DNA of 64,000 bases. It comes from Amphiscolops sp. MND2022 (taxonomy: Eukaryota). The notes beneath the pieces are model-generated. The model saw only the letters and a list, made by a program, of their open reading frames with translations, was not told the origin of the DNA and did no database searches. The position numbers and the translations under genes are program-made. This document shows positions 25,156-38,609 of the stretch, in pieces; the stretch's first letter is position 1; each line of letters starts with the position of its first letter. Where the stretch lies: contig OZ076409.1 of NCBI GenBank assembly GCA_964187785.1, forward strand, positions 12,216,001 through 12,280,000, given 5' to 3'.

Positions 25156-26755
25156 AATGAAGGAGCGACCCTTCGGAGACATTGAAAAATTTCGAAATTT
25201 TTTAAATATTTTTCCAAAAAAAACAAAAAATGAGAATTTTTAACAGTCTCATAGTGCCGAAAAATGTAAAAGGGGGCCCTTTAGGCTTTTTCAACATCCA
25301 TTCAGGTGCAAAACACCAAAAAATAGAAGGGGGACCCTTTGAAGACTTTAAAAAAGTTCGAAAAAAAGTCTCACAAAGCCGAAAAGGGGCGGGGAAAGTC
25401 TCATAGCGCCGAAAAATTGGAAGGAGGGACCCTTCTGGGTTTTGCATTTCAAGGTAGAAGCCTTTGGATGCGTTCAAAATCAAGTACTGAGTACTTTTGG
25501 TAAAAGAATCTTTCACAAAAAATGGTACATACGCGATGAGTGAAAAGTCTGACGAAAAAAAAGAAAAAAACTAGCCACTGTAATAGTCGGGCTCTTTTCA
25601 CTAGAAAAGCGCCGACTAAAAACGACAGTTTCGGTAAAACAGAACAAATTGAAACCACTGAAAAGGTAGATTACGATATTTCTCTTGAAATGAAATGATA
25701 AACATCGTAGTAATGTGATTTTCTGTGAATTAAAGATTTGTATCGTGGGCAAAATTACAAGAAATAGTTAACATCAAACAAGGACACACAAAAATATTTT
25801 TGAAAATGAAGTTAATCAACGTAAACTAGCCCTTATTTCGAATGAAACTGAACTTGAAACTTCAACTAGAAGCTCCAACCTTAGCGAATAAGATCTGAAA
25901 AAAAAATCAAATGAATCATCTACTGTGGTGACTTAGAATAGAAACCAAATAAAGCCATCTCGAAAGAAGGATCAAACTTACTTTATCCAAAGTTTGGACC
26001 AACGTGAGATCATCGTCACTGCTTTGATCTTCGTCGGAGTCATTCTAAAAAGGACAAGTTCATTATCACGCCAATTTTCATTCAAATGAAGAGCATACCA
26101 ATTTAGATGAATACCGAAGCTGCCGTTACAGCCAATTAGAAACGACTTGAAACAAAAGCAATTCAATTCCAAAATGAGTGAAGCAAATTAGACTTCAAGT
26201 GAACCTAGAGAAGAGTTAACAAACTTCCGGAAACCAATCGAAATTTTTAGTCAACTCAATCTTAACTTCAAATGAACAGAAAAACCACTTTAAATGAATT
26301 TTAGACAATGCGAACAAAGTTGCCGTTGTCGATCGAAAAAGGTTCATTCATTACTGTTTAGTTTTTCTTTCTCGCTGCCTTCTGAAATCGATTATTCGCT
26401 GCGATTGGTTCATTCAAATTGGAATTTAATTCATATGAACCGGAATTGTATTCCCTTCTTTCGCAACAAGAGTTCACTTAAAATCATCTAGTGTAACGTC
26501 AACTAGTGTAACGTCCTATCAATGCGTGTAATGTGTAAAACTTCCAAAAAAATTATTCGCGCTCTGATTGGACAAAAATCGAACTAGCAGGATCCTGCTA
26601 GTTCGTTACCGGGATGTGTATCGTAATGATATTACTTCACTCCATGTGGAATTTTAAAGCAGCACTCATTTTAAAGCGTCTCAAGATGCGACATATTTTT
26701 ATTGGTCGATTCACTTAATGTGTAAAATTGCTTCAATTAAAGTAAAACTGGTATA

Positions 26756-27410
26756 CAGTACTGTGATTAAGAAAACGTCCCCCGGGCGAATTGAGGCTCG
26801 ATTTTCTCGAAATCTGTTGAGAATTTTGAAAAACATTGGCTGAAAATTTTTTAAAAATTATCAGAAATGAAAGATTTTCATCTAGTTTACATAAGTACTT
26901 TTTAAAATTTCTGAGACAAAAATTGAAAAAGTTACGTATAGCTGATTTTGAGTAATTTTTTCCCATTTTTGATCGTTTCATCCAGTTTTTTTACAAGTTT
27001 TACGCTCAATTAACTTGATGCTCAAATCTACTGAATCTATGGATAAATTTTGATTTCAGAAATTGTCAACCGTTTTCGAAATATCATGCTCGAAAGGTAA
27101 AATTTGGTCGATTTGCATGTATTAAGATAGGACATTAACGTTTCGCGGAAAAGCGATTGTTTTTCCATTTAGAATGTTTTTGGAACAAAAAATATACTAC
27201 CAAATTCTAGACAATCTGCAGAATCCGATGAATTTAATAAAAATTTCAAAACCCTGCCAAAAACTGGGAAAATAACAGAAACGTTCTTTCTGCACCTGGG
27301 ATTTCACTCGATGCGCCAATCAACACAGAAAGTGAGAGCAAATAAGCAATTTCAATAGGTTGAGAACGATGCTCAGCGCATAGGGGGACGATTTCTTAAT
27401 CACAGTACTG
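26756..27410. mobile_element. Tc1/mariner-like MITE
   Basis: TIR CAGTACTGTGATTAAGAAA(A/T)CGTCCCCC, flanked by TA. Confidence 0.85.
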
Positions 27411-27569
27411 TATTACTTTAAAACGCAATTCCAAGCAGACCACGGTTTCAGATTTGAACAATGAATTGCTTTCACCACGTGAATTGACCTTTTGGAAGAG
27501 ACGAAATGATTTAGCCATTATGATACATTTTTAGAATTTAACCTTCAGTTTGTTTTTAATCATTCTTAC

Positions 27570-27607
27570 CTTATTTCCACCTGAATCATCACCAGAGCTG
27601 TCTTGAT
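27570..27607 (-). CDS. PHF14: PHF14-like micro-exon 4 (38 nt, DQDSSGDDSGGNK)
   Basis: TTTTAG| acceptor and AAG|GTAAG donor; converts phase 1 to phase 0, as the PHD exon requires. Confidence 0.65.
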
Positions 27608-27682
27608 CTAAAAATCGATATCAGTAAAAACTACTCGATTCAAATAAAAAGTAGGGATAATGTAAAAAGTCAGTCTAAATAC

Positions 27683-27769
27683 CTGCATCGTGATTTAAGG
27701 AAGCTCTTGCTACTTTTCTTCTTTTGCTCCGAGGCTCCTGCTCGTTATCACTTCCATCAGAATCACTCC
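27683..27769 (-). CDS. PHF14: PHF14-like exon 3 (SDSDGSDNEQEPRSKRRKVARASLNHDA)
   Basis: TTTTAG| acceptor, G|GTATTT donor, phase 1-1; open frame with NLS-like KRRK. Confidence 0.65.
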
Positions 27770-28645
27770 CTAAAACCACTAATCGGTCGATAGGGTCCTG
27801 ATATCTTACAAAATAAGCACATGCTAAAGCCGAATTTTTCCTGAAGACAATTGCAGACTTTGGTGACGTTCAAAACATGAATATCAAAGTCTACATTTTT
27901 AGAGTAATTAAAATAGGTTTCACTTCATCGAGATGTAAAAATATGTAGAAAATGCTGTTCCTTCTTCCGTGTTGATACCCACTTCTACCTCTTTCAGGAA
28001 TTCTGGTTTTACCCAAACTCTGACCCATTTTTCATCACCTTCACTGAACCCTTTCGTACCATTTAGAGCCCTTTGCCTTCTACACTATCGTACCAAAACT
28101 TCGCATAATTTTGCAAAAAAACTGTTCACAAAACCATAGCGATGTTTTCTCGGCACAACAAAAACAAGCCGAGACCGGCCCAAGTCGACGCCATATCTAA
28201 GCCTCAAAAATGGCAAAAGGACTTCAAAGTGTTAAAGTATTGGTGAATTGGGGACCCTTTGGTCAAAAAAAATTTTCGAAAAAGTCTCACAATGCCGACA
28301 AAAACTTTGTCCATTCTGACAAAAACCATTCTGTCGCAAAACTCCAAAAAATTGAAGAGGACCCTTTGGGAATTTTTTCGAAAAAAAATAGTCTCACAAT
28401 GCCAAAAAACTCAAAGGAAGGACCCTTTATTCTCGCCCGGAATTGTGTGTTACGTGGAAAAAAAAGGAAAAGCCTTTTTGGTTCACTTCCCTGGGCCAAC
28501 AGGTACAATTTAAAATTTTGTAGAACTATTTTGGTCACTTCAGGTGTATCGAAAACAACACTGACGAAAAGCCATGACTATAGTCGACTCCTTTCTCAAG
28601 AAAAGCGCCGACTAAAAACGACAGTTCAGCACCCACGCAACTGAC

Positions 28646-28849
28646 CATCGCTGTCGTCATCAGAGTCTTGGTCATTCTGCTGATCTTCGTTGTCTTCGGC
28701 CCCACTGGAATCCGACTCCACTTCCAGTTCCTCCTCTTGCACGTGGAAGTCTTCGTCGTCGTCCTCGGCATCTCCGCCCATCCGAATCATGCTCGGCAGC
28801 ACCACTGACGTCATGATTTTGGGCTGCCTCTTCCCGGCTCCACGGTTGC
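28646..28849 (-). CDS. PHF14: PHF14-like exon 2 (acidic Asp/Glu-rich region)
   Basis: TTACAG| acceptor, G|GTCAGT donor, phase 1-1; encodes ...GGDAEDDDEDFHVQEEE... Confidence 0.75.
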
Positions 28850-30208
28850 CTGTAAGAATAACCCTAATTGACCTGGGCGTTTTTGCAAATTTTCAAAAAA
28901 TCTGATTAAAATTTTAAATCATTAATACCTCCACAACTACGCGTACCAGAGAAGTGAACTACAGCGCGTTTGAAAGGTTTGATATTCAGCTTTCACTTTT
29001 ATTAGGTGAGCCTCTGTCGCCACGCGCCCCTTCCTTCAGAATTTTAGCCATTTTCTAGTATGAAAAAAACTGCGGTAGAGAATATGGGCTACACGCAAAC
29101 GGAATCAAAAGTTGACAAAAAGTAGACTGTTTAAAGTACCACTAGGTTAATAAGGGTTAAAAGTGACCAAGGTTGCAATTTAAACATGTTTTTTTTTCGC
29201 TTTATACGGTTTTTTCTTTTTTTTTCAAAGAAATGTAAAATAACTGTAGACTCGTCAAATGAAAACATAAAACACAGTCAATTTTGCTCATTTCAGTGAA
29301 TATAAACAATTTGCACCAACTTCATTAAAATTTTACCAAATGTCGTCGTTCTGTAGGGGCATTCCAATTAAAATCTGAGAGAAGGAAAAAACACTTGTCA
29401 CACAGTAATCACTCAAATCATTAAAACTAGTTGTAAAAAAAGAGAAAACATTGTTTTTTTCAGTGCTGTTTAAAACAATGCCAACCTTGAAAGTGACGCA
29501 ATCAGAATACAAGTCACACCAAAAAACAGAGTCAACCCTAAATAACTGATTTCGTTCAAACAAAACTCGGATCTTAAAAATTTTCATTTTTGACATCAGT
29601 TAGGTCTACAGTAATCAATACCGCGCAGCAAAATCATGGCGATCATCTTGAAAATGCAATATGAATTGAGAAAGTTTCAAAGGAAAACAGGTACCCGTTA
29701 CGTGACAAACATAGGAAAAACACGTGCTGATGCTTCCTAACGCTTTAGGATAGAGTACCGTAGAAATGGCAAACTTCGCAAAAAGCCAGAAGTTTTACAC
29801 CATAACTGAATAAACGTGAAAAAAAATCAAATACTTGAATTTGGCGATTCTGGTGTAAATCAAAAGGTAAGCCCTTTTGCCTCGGTCCCACGATGGTACA
29901 GGTTTTATGATGGAAATTTTTTGTGAATAAAAGTTCTTTAGTGAGAAACCTACGGGAAAATAGTCTTCTGAACATTACGTTTCCAAAAAAGTGAATTTTA
30001 GGTATATTTCCAGGTCAAAAATTGAAATGATACATAAGCAGAGAGCATTTTATAACCAAATTCAGGAAAATTTTTTAATAACCTTTTACAACCAAATTCA
30101 GAAAAAACGCAAGTTTAAATAAAAATCAATGGTTTAGATTCCAAAATTTTGACCAATTTTCTAAGAAAAAATAACAATAAGTCAATCAGTTAAAACTAAT
30201 GTACTCAC

Positions 30209-30572
30209 TGAAAATTGCCATGATTTCATCAGGCATTAAATCATTTCTTTGACTCTTTCCGTCAGTTGCAGCCACGGTAGAACCAGCTTTGGAAGAACTT
30301 TCCTTTGAAACAGAACTAGACTTGGAACTGCTTTCCTTGCCGTTAGAACTGCGACTGGTGGGGGTCTCAGTTTCCTCCTCGCCTGTTGCATCACCTGACG
30401 TCACAGTTTTTGTCCTGTTAGAGCGTCTCAAAGACCCCGAAACTTTCTCTGATTGGCTGCCTGTCGACCCAGACTGATTCTTACTTGCAGCAGTGACTAC
30501 TGCAGTTTTTTCGTGAGCTTCTTCGGCTTTCGGGACGCCGTTGCGAATTCTGGTGCTCCGTTTGGTAGCCAT
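30209..30572 (-). CDS. PHF14: PHF14-like gene, first coding exon (MATKRSTRIR..., Ser/Lys-rich)
   Basis: ATG at 30572; donor A|GTGAGT, phase 1, matches the next exon; TTTTCAG acceptor 45 nt upstream of the ATG. Confidence 0.7.
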
Positions 30573-31446
30573 TGCAGCGGCAAGACCGTTCTACATCTAG
30601 CTTACATACATTTACTTCTGAAAAAACCGACTTGATTGAAAACCACGCTTTCGAGAAAAACTTGGCATGTATAAGTGCATTTCAAAAAATCATCTTTTTT
30701 TTTTCAGTCAGCATATTTTTTCATTCAGTCAGAATAAAGTCAGCATGTTTATAATATTCGGTAATCTAAACATCTATTGAGTGGGCTGAAAAATACAATC
30801 CTGAATTTGGATGATTTTCCTCATCAAGTTCCCTTGAGACATTTTTGTACTTAATTTGTAGTAATTCAACCTAATAATCGCGTCTTTCAGCTTCTATATC
30901 CTTCAGAAAACTTGTTGGTCTCTCACACAATCGTAGCTTGGTCAGACATGGCGTAGAATAAAATCGATGGTAATTACCACATTGCAACTCGGACCGGGTT
31001 TCCAACTAAAAATATTTCGACGGCTTGAAAACTTCATATTTCAGAATTTCGACAAAAGGTTACAATAAGTGTCCCCACAGAACATATAAGCGTATCTAAC
31101 TTTTTGCTTTTCACAGCACGTGACTTGGAGCGATTAATTTTCTACGTCAGTCGATTAATTAGTCAGCCCAGTTTCACAAATTTAAAGTCAGTTGGCCGCA
31201 GAGTAATAATATTGATAATGCAGGACTCGTCTAAGAACTTAATTTCCAAAATTTTTGTCCAACTAAAACCCAAGAGGTTTTCAGGGAGAACTTTTTGATA
31301 GATGTATGCAATGGGTTTTAAAACAACTTCATTTAAAGTTTCAAGTCAGAAAGTAACTTTCACTCTTGAATCTATTTTAAAATCATCTGTTTTCCGGATA
31401 AATGATATGCTTGAAAAATGGCCAACTAAAAACATGGAATTTTTTG

Positions 31447-32461
31447 ACAGAGAGGCGAAGCCGTGCTTTGCAAACACTTGCGCAGAAGGTTGCGAACTTT
31501 TGAAGAAAACCAAATAAGCAAAATCATACGGAGAACCAAGTGTAAAATGACATTAAAATTTCATCAATTTTACAGCGCCAAAAAATACCCGTAGGGATAC
31601 GCATAAATCTCGAAAACCATTCTTCCCTGGATAATTCTTCCCACTGGAAACAGCAAAAAACCATCTCTCTCAACAGGAAACTTTTTTAAAAAAAAACCAG
31701 AAAAATAAGGAAAAAAATCGAAAAATTTTTTGAAGGTCTCCGGTAAGTCGCATAGTGCCGAAAACCTTGAGCAGTCCTTTATGCTCGCAAAACGTTTCAT
31801 TTTCAAGTAAAAATTGAGGGGGGGGGCTTCGATGAAAACAAATTAGAAAAAAGTAGCATAGAAAAAACGCCGGTCTAAAAAATTCGGATATAGCGTGCTG
31901 GGCCTCAGAAAACCTAATTTTAAGACAAAAATTATTCATTATGAAATTTTTCACAATGTCGAAAACTGTAAAAGGGCGCCTTTTGAGATTTTTTAACAAG
32001 CATTCTGTTGCAAAATTTCAAAAAAATTGAAGGGGAACCCATTGGAGTCTTTGAAAAATTTTCGAAAAAAATGAGAATTTTTAACAGTCCCATAGTGCCG
32101 AAAAATCTGAAAGAAGGGACCCTTCGGAATTTTTTAACATTCGTTCTGTTGCAAAATATCAAAACAAATTGAAGGGAGGACCCTTTGAGGATGTTAAAAA
32201 ATTTTCGAAAAGTCTTACAAAGCCGAAAAAAGGGAGGAGTCTTGTAGTGCCAAAAAAGTGAGAAACTTCTGCTTCGGAATACTTGTAAAAAAATTTCCGC
32301 ATACTCACGGGTTCGAACACGAACCCTCTGGGTTGAAAAGCAAGCATCTTACCACTAGACCACGAATGCCTGAACTATGCGACTTGCGGGCTGAAACTAG
32401 AGTTGTCGCGCGGAAAAAAACACCCGCACTTTCCCATAACACTTGCTTATCGCAAGTGTAA
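31447..32461 (-). mobile_element. HINE family 3 (~1 kb); second copy at 41047-42056
   Basis: On the minus strand: 5' TTACACTTGCGATAAGCAAGTGT, 3' CGCAAGTGT plus hairpin GC(A/G)AAGC-ACG-GCTTCGC; two colinear copies. Confidence 0.7.
32299..32369 (-). pseudogene. Degenerate tRNA-like sequence (TTC in the anticodon position) inside a HINE
   Basis: A-box TGGTCTAGTGG, B-box GTTCGAACC, intact D stem; anticodon and T stems mispaired. Confidence 0.5.
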
Positions 32462-33378
32462 TAATCCTATGCAACCATGCTTAAACGTATTAAACTAGAT
32501 TATCTTAGGCTGCTCAAACAAGTTCTAATAATTACATTCTCTGTTCATCCAAAGCCATCGTTGAAATGGCGTATCGTAGAGTTTTCGATATTACAGAGTT
32601 GGTTCCTTTGCTCTAAATTGCTCAAACATGTTTTTGCTTTTTCTGGTTATTTGAGTTTGTCTCATGTTACACGTTACTGGGCAAAAAAAATAGTTTAAGA
32701 GCCACTAGATTCGTTCAACTTAACGGTAATTTTGTTCATTATAAGTACTGGAAGAAGCTGAGAAAAGACGGAACCGTCTGAAGTGGGCGCCCGTTTAAGA
32801 CTCAAAAAGCGCAAATTTTTAAAAATATGCTCAGGGCTTTTTTAAAAAAAACAAACAAAAAAGTGTCGAAACACCCAAAGGTTTCGCACCGGGACGAATG
32901 AGTTCGCTTGTTTTCGAACCTCTACCTCATTATCTTCCGCTTTAGTAAAAGGCAACATAATTTGGATATAATGCAAAAATTCGCAGTTGACAAAAAATTA
33001 TTGGCGGATATATATTGAAAAAACTTAATTTCAGACAAAAATGAGAATTTTGAAACTGCCTCATAGTGCCGAAAATGTAAAAGGAGGACCTTTTGAAGGC
33101 ATTTAAAAATTTTCGAAAAAAAAGTCTCACAGCGCCAAAAAAATAGAAAGATGGGACCCTTTGCAATAACTTATTCGTATAGTTGAACAAACTGAGCAAA
33201 AATTTCGTCGCATTCGAGTCGGCCTTAAAGAAAAACAAAACGAGTGACTGTAATAGTTGGGCTCTTTGATTATATAAAACTGCCCACTAAGATGATATTT
33301 TCGTATTTATTACCACTACTGGGCCATGATGTTTCGACTAATAAAAACGCAAAAAAATCTCTACTCAAACTATTTTAA

Positions 33379-33895
33379 CCCTAAATGGAAGACATGGTCG
33401 AATTCGTACTACATTCGTAGTATTTGTTGGTTTCCGCAAATTTCTGAAGGCACCTTCTAACCGCATGATGAAGAAAACTCTTGAATGATATTTTCAGACG
33501 GTATTACATGGCATTGCACGCCTTTCCACAGAATATTGACTTGATGTCTCCGAAATCAAGAAAATGGGACCAAAAATAAATGAGCGCAAGTTTACCGTTT
33601 TCCCAGTTTTTGTTTGTGGCCACTTAATCCCACTGGTATCAAGATTGGGTCAAAGTGGCCCTAGCATGTTTTGAAACATGCTGAAATGCAGTGTGAGACT
33701 CGAGGCGTGCAAAGTTTTGGCGAAAAGTCCGGAGACAGTTCAAAAATTCATTAGAAAGCCCTGATTACCTTCTTGCGAACGCGCTATAAATCGCGCTATA
33801 AATTGTCAGACTTTATTAGTTCAGGAGATATTGCGGTTTAAAGTTTAAGTACCAGAATTTTGAATGGATCTGGAACTTTCCTCGTCCATTTAGGG
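33379..33895. mobile_element. piggyBac-like MITE
   Basis: TTAA|CCCTAAATGGA...TCCATTTAGGG|TTAA. Confidence 0.8.
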
Positions 33896-36128
33896 TTAAG
33901 CATAATGATTGCTCCTTTGGGGTAAGCGCCGTTGAAGGAAAATGTGAAAAAATATACCTACGAAATTGAATACTTATTCAGAAAAATCAACTTTCGGTCG
34001 TATAAACATTCAAACTCAACAGCCTGAATGATAATCCAAAAATTAGAAAATTTAGACTTAGAAAAGTATGACCATTCTCATCAAAGATTGCCAAAGATTT
34101 CTGGAATTTTGTATTTGTATCGAATAACTTTTCAAAGATCTCAATCTTACTAAAAAGATTTTTCGTTCAAAGATATTGAGTTTTTGGTTTTTTCTAAGTA
34201 AGAATTAGATGCGATTCTTTTATGTCTGATCCATGGGGATTTTTTTTGCTCTTTTTTCCTTTTTTCATTTTTTGCTTCAGAAGGTTTTTGGAGTAAATTT
34301 CTCCTGTTTGTTCCTCGGACTAAAATTCCGTGTCAATCGTTACTAGTTTCAAAAATATTGAAAGTATTTCATTACTTTTTCAAATCGAGCCCGAATGGTC
34401 CTGCCGATAACACTTTCATCGTTTAACCATCATCATAGCAGTTTTTCAAGCATAGCTATCTTTTCAGAAAATAAAAAAAAGTTTCACTTCATGCGGAAAT
34501 CCCGAGCAACGAGACTTTTTCAGAAACCTAATTTAATGGAGAAGGCGATAAAAGTGTTTCCAGGACTGTTATGAAATCGAAGTGTTTTCGAATTCATTTT
34601 TAGTCGGCGCTTTTCTAGAGAAAAGAGTAGACTATAGTCATGGCTTTTCGTCAGTGTTTTTTTACGACCACCTGAACTGACCAAAGTAGTTCTACCAAAA
34701 GTTCTACAAAATTTCAAATTCCACCTGTTGGCCCAGGGAACAGAACCAAAAAGTTTCCCGCATAACATACAATGCCGGACGAGACCAAAGGGTCCTCCCT
34801 TTCAGTTTTTTTTCAGCATTGCGACTTTTTTCGGAAAAAAAATTTCCCCAAAGGGTCCCCCTTCAATTTTTTTGGGTTTTGCGACAGACTGGGTATAGAA
34901 AAATCCCAAAGGGTCCCCCTTTCAATTTTTTTCGGCGTTGTGAGACTTTTTTCAAAAAAAATTTTTTAGTGCTGTAGAAGAGAATACTTCGAAACTTTGA
35001 TGTCCTTTTGCTTTTTTTGAGCTTTGGATATGGCGCCGACTTGGGCCGGTCCCGGCTTGTTTTTTCAAACAGGAGCCCTCTGGTACTTCAAATTTGCAAC
35101 TGACAGAAGAACAGTGTTGCCTTGATATTTATAAACACGTGAAAAAATACGAGGACTGACATTTCAATGAGTCTCGTTCATGGAACAAGGGATTCCCTTT
35201 GGACGACACACCAGCGGGAGGCAATTGGAAAAAAGTGACTTTTCAAAATTTCAAATACGCGATTGACGCCAAAATAGCATGAAAAAGTACCCCAAATAGT
35301 ACCTATGAAAAATTTCACGCCTTAGATAACCTTAGAACAAGCCAGAAAGTCGGCGCCCCGCGTAAGGCTCCAAAAATAACATTTGCAAAAATTCGTCATT
35401 CTCTGTGAAAACGTAAATTAAAACTTGAATCTAATTGATTCTAGGGAATTTTTCTATCTCGAAGGACTTGGAATGGAATCAGAGTTCAAATTTACATAGC
35501 CGTGTCGGTCTCGTCCAACTGTCTTACTAAAACTGAAAACCGCCAAAACATTCGAAAATGGCACCGAAAGCGCTTATTAAAAAGTTCAGGAAGTAGTTGC
35601 CAAGTCATGTTTTCTGTTGTCCAGAATACTCTTGCAACCCTTGTATCTAGTGTTCGCAAAAGTTTCGCTAATCCTTTCAGCTCTTCATTTTTCAAGAATT
35701 GAAAATTCAGTGAATTTTTACACCAAGAATATTTGACTCATGTAGATTTTCTGCAGACTATTCTCGTTTTCGATGCCAAAAATCTCGTTTTATGTTTGAC
35801 GCCTCAGTGGCTAACCTAAACAGACTAGAAACTCCATGTTATTTTAAAATTTGCTCAAAGTGAGAATTCTGAATGCATGTTCAGCAAAGCGTTGTTCCAC
35901 CTCTTAGAACTCGATACTCAAGGGCTAGCTTAAATGAGAAACAATCAGTATAAAAATTATTTTTTTTCAAAACGAGGTCAATATATCTCACATCCATGTA
36001 TGCGATAGCAATCTCAAATCTACAATTTGTAGTTAGAACTAAAAAGTTCACTTATAAGTCGACAGTTTTATGCAAAAAAGTGATTGACCTCTCCTTTAAT
36101 GGCAAGGTCACAGGTTAGGTCACGTCAT

Positions 36129-36380
36129 CTAGGGGTTGCGATAAGGTTTTTCGGTCCAGGGGTCAATGTTGGCAGGCAACTTCTTCATTCGTTCCCTGTA
36201 AAGTTGAGACTTGCCCTTGTACTTGGATTTGAGGTGATCTGAATGATACGTCATCTGTTGACTGATTACCAAAGCACTTGCGAAGCACATGACAAAGCCG
36301 ACGTAGCTTCGCTTTCCATACTCCTGATACTTCTTCGGGATGCTCAAAAGTTTGAGGGCGTCTCTGACATACGACGACAT
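36129..36380 (-). CDS. Small single-TM protein resembling complex I subunit NDUFB1 (MNLL)
   Basis: 83 aa; hydrophobic segment followed by KYKGKSQLYRER...DPW, similar to the F-R-x-KS-x-L-[FY]...W tail of NDUFB1; TTTTCAG acceptor 7 nt before the ATG. Confidence 0.5.
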   Translation of the reverse strand: MSSYVRDALKLLSIPKKYQEYGKRSYVGFVMCFASALVISQQMTYHSDHLKSKYKGKSQLYRERMKKLPANIDPWTEKPYRNP

Positions 36381-37596
36381 TGGGAAACTGAAAACAGGCA
36401 GGGATTATTAGAACATAGTTAATTAAAATTAATTTTTGATTAACTTTTCAATAAATCAAAAACTGTGACTCAAACTGAACCTTTCACGAAAAAAAAATTA
36501 TTTTCGCAAACACGGCAGAATCTTAGTAAGTTGAACCTTTCAAACACTAAAATTTTTCAGCAAGAAAGATCTTTCAAAATCCCAATTCCTGTGTGATTAA
36601 TCGACCAACTTTCCATCTAGTGTTTCGTAAAAGTGTTCAACAGTAGGACAACGTTGTAGGTTCAAAAACACATTCGACCACCAAAACCATGAAAAACGTG
36701 AAATAACTTTTTTGCACTAACGGTTCAACTGCTGTTATACCTGATTTTCTAGGAAAATACCTATTTTACGGACTAAATTTATTTACGCTTACTACTTTCG
36801 TAAGTTCGAAGAAAAACAGTGAATGTTTTCGCACCCTAAAACTCCACTAACGCTACCCAGAAAGTATTGAACTTCCAGAATGCTTGTCATTTTGAGCAAG
36901 CAATAAATCGAAACTAATTCCATAATATTTGTCCGTCATTTTCTTTCCAGTGTTTAAATTTTCACTTTCCGTGAAATGCTGAGTGTCATTTTCCGTTGAA
37001 GATAGCTCGAATCAAATGGACGATTTGTCATAAATAGCAAAAAGAAGTTTCATTTGCAAATTCATCATCATAAAAAGTTTCGATTTTTTAAAATTCTGGT
37101 GCTTTTAAATTGAGAACGTTTTCTTAAAGAAAATTTCTGTGAACGTTGGTCAGCAAGAAGTTTGAATCTCATGAATACTCTTTACCGCGGCTAACAGTCG
37201 AATTTTCTATTAATGTTTTAGACGTTTTCAAGTAAATCGATGATATAATTCTTGGAATCTTCAGAAATATTAATTGAAATTGATTAAAAACAGGATATCC
37301 TTCAACGCGTCACTAATTCGATCGATCTGAACGTTCATAAGTTTTGTGGAAAAACATCTTTCGAGTATAAATTTGGAAAAACAAAAATGACATGAATGCA
37401 ACATTTTTTCTCTGAAAGAGGGCTTGGTTGATACGTATACCACAGACGTTTGAAAACTCATAGTGAGACTGAAATCTTCCTTTTAGCTGTCGAAAACTGG
37501 GCACATTTGGATAAACCTGCATTGAATCAACGCAAAAAGATTTTCCAGACACTAATAAATTTTTATGATTCGAATGAAAAAAGTTCAGCCAAATTG

Positions 37597-38609
37597 CTAA
37601 GTATCCAGTTTGATGCGTTTCGGCTCTTCTCCAGTCACTGGTTGTTGTAAAATTTGCAGCAAATTGAAACTCAAACACATCATTATTTTGTTGGTGCTCA
37701 CGCCCCTGACTTGATGGAAATCAATCTTCTCACTCAACTCCTGTTCACTTGCAGTCAAGTTGAAAGCGTCTCTCACAAACTGTACTGACTCGGTCTCTGT
37801 AGTTGATTTTTGGGTAAAACAATAAAAATGTACAATAATGGAAGCTGTCATTGGTTCCAAATTTTGCAGACATTCCAAACCCGATAAAAATTTGTACGCG
37901 GTGCCCGGCAAGTTCATTGGAATATGACAACTTCCACATTGGGCGAGAAAGTCGCGGGTCAGTTTCTCAGAAGCAACAAGTTGTATGAAATCAGAGGCAT
38001 CCATGTTGAAAATATCAATGACTCCATCTGGTATTTTATTCAGCTCTACGTTTGTCTTCAACCATTCGATGGCATCTGGGTTCAAATCGTTGGCGAACAC
38101 TCTGCATTTTTTCTTTGCAGCAGGAATGGCAAAAGGTCCGATTCCACAGAATGGGTCTATCAGCACATCAGCTTCACCCAACTTGTTCACGATTCTTTGG
38201 TGCTCCCTCGATAACCGCGAATTCCAGTACACCTTGCTGAAATCCAGTTTGAACTTCACTCCGTGTTCTACCAACTCAGCAACTGTGTTGTTTTCACCGG
38301 CAATAACTTCCAAATTGAAGTTGCGGAACTCACTGGATCCTATTTCTTGCGTCTTGTTGACCACTGTTGTGATCACAGGAACTTTATCAATAACAACCTC
38401 GCCCAACAAGTGGCGGAAAGGCAAATGCTCTTCTCTCAGATTGAAATGGGCAATGTGCCCCACGATGGAAAATCCTGACAGGCTTCTGTCATCGGGCAGA
38501 ACCAAATGGCTGATTTGCTGGAATGTAAGATTTTCGTACCCAATGGAAAACTCTTTATCTTCAATTTTCAAATCACGTTGTTCCGTAAAATCCACTATAG
38601 ACTCATCAC
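37597..38609 (-). CDS. TRMT5: tRNA (guanine-37-N1) methyltransferase Trm5, exon 2
   Basis: GHIAHFNL, FRNF..EVIAG, DFSKVYWNSRL, SAM-binding DPFCGIGPFAIPAAKK, ANDLNP, MNLP; CACAG| acceptor phase 1. Confidence 0.93.

Noticed and set aside
32299..32369. Functional tRNA-Glu gene
   Set aside because: Anticodon and T stems do not pair, and it lies inside a repeat
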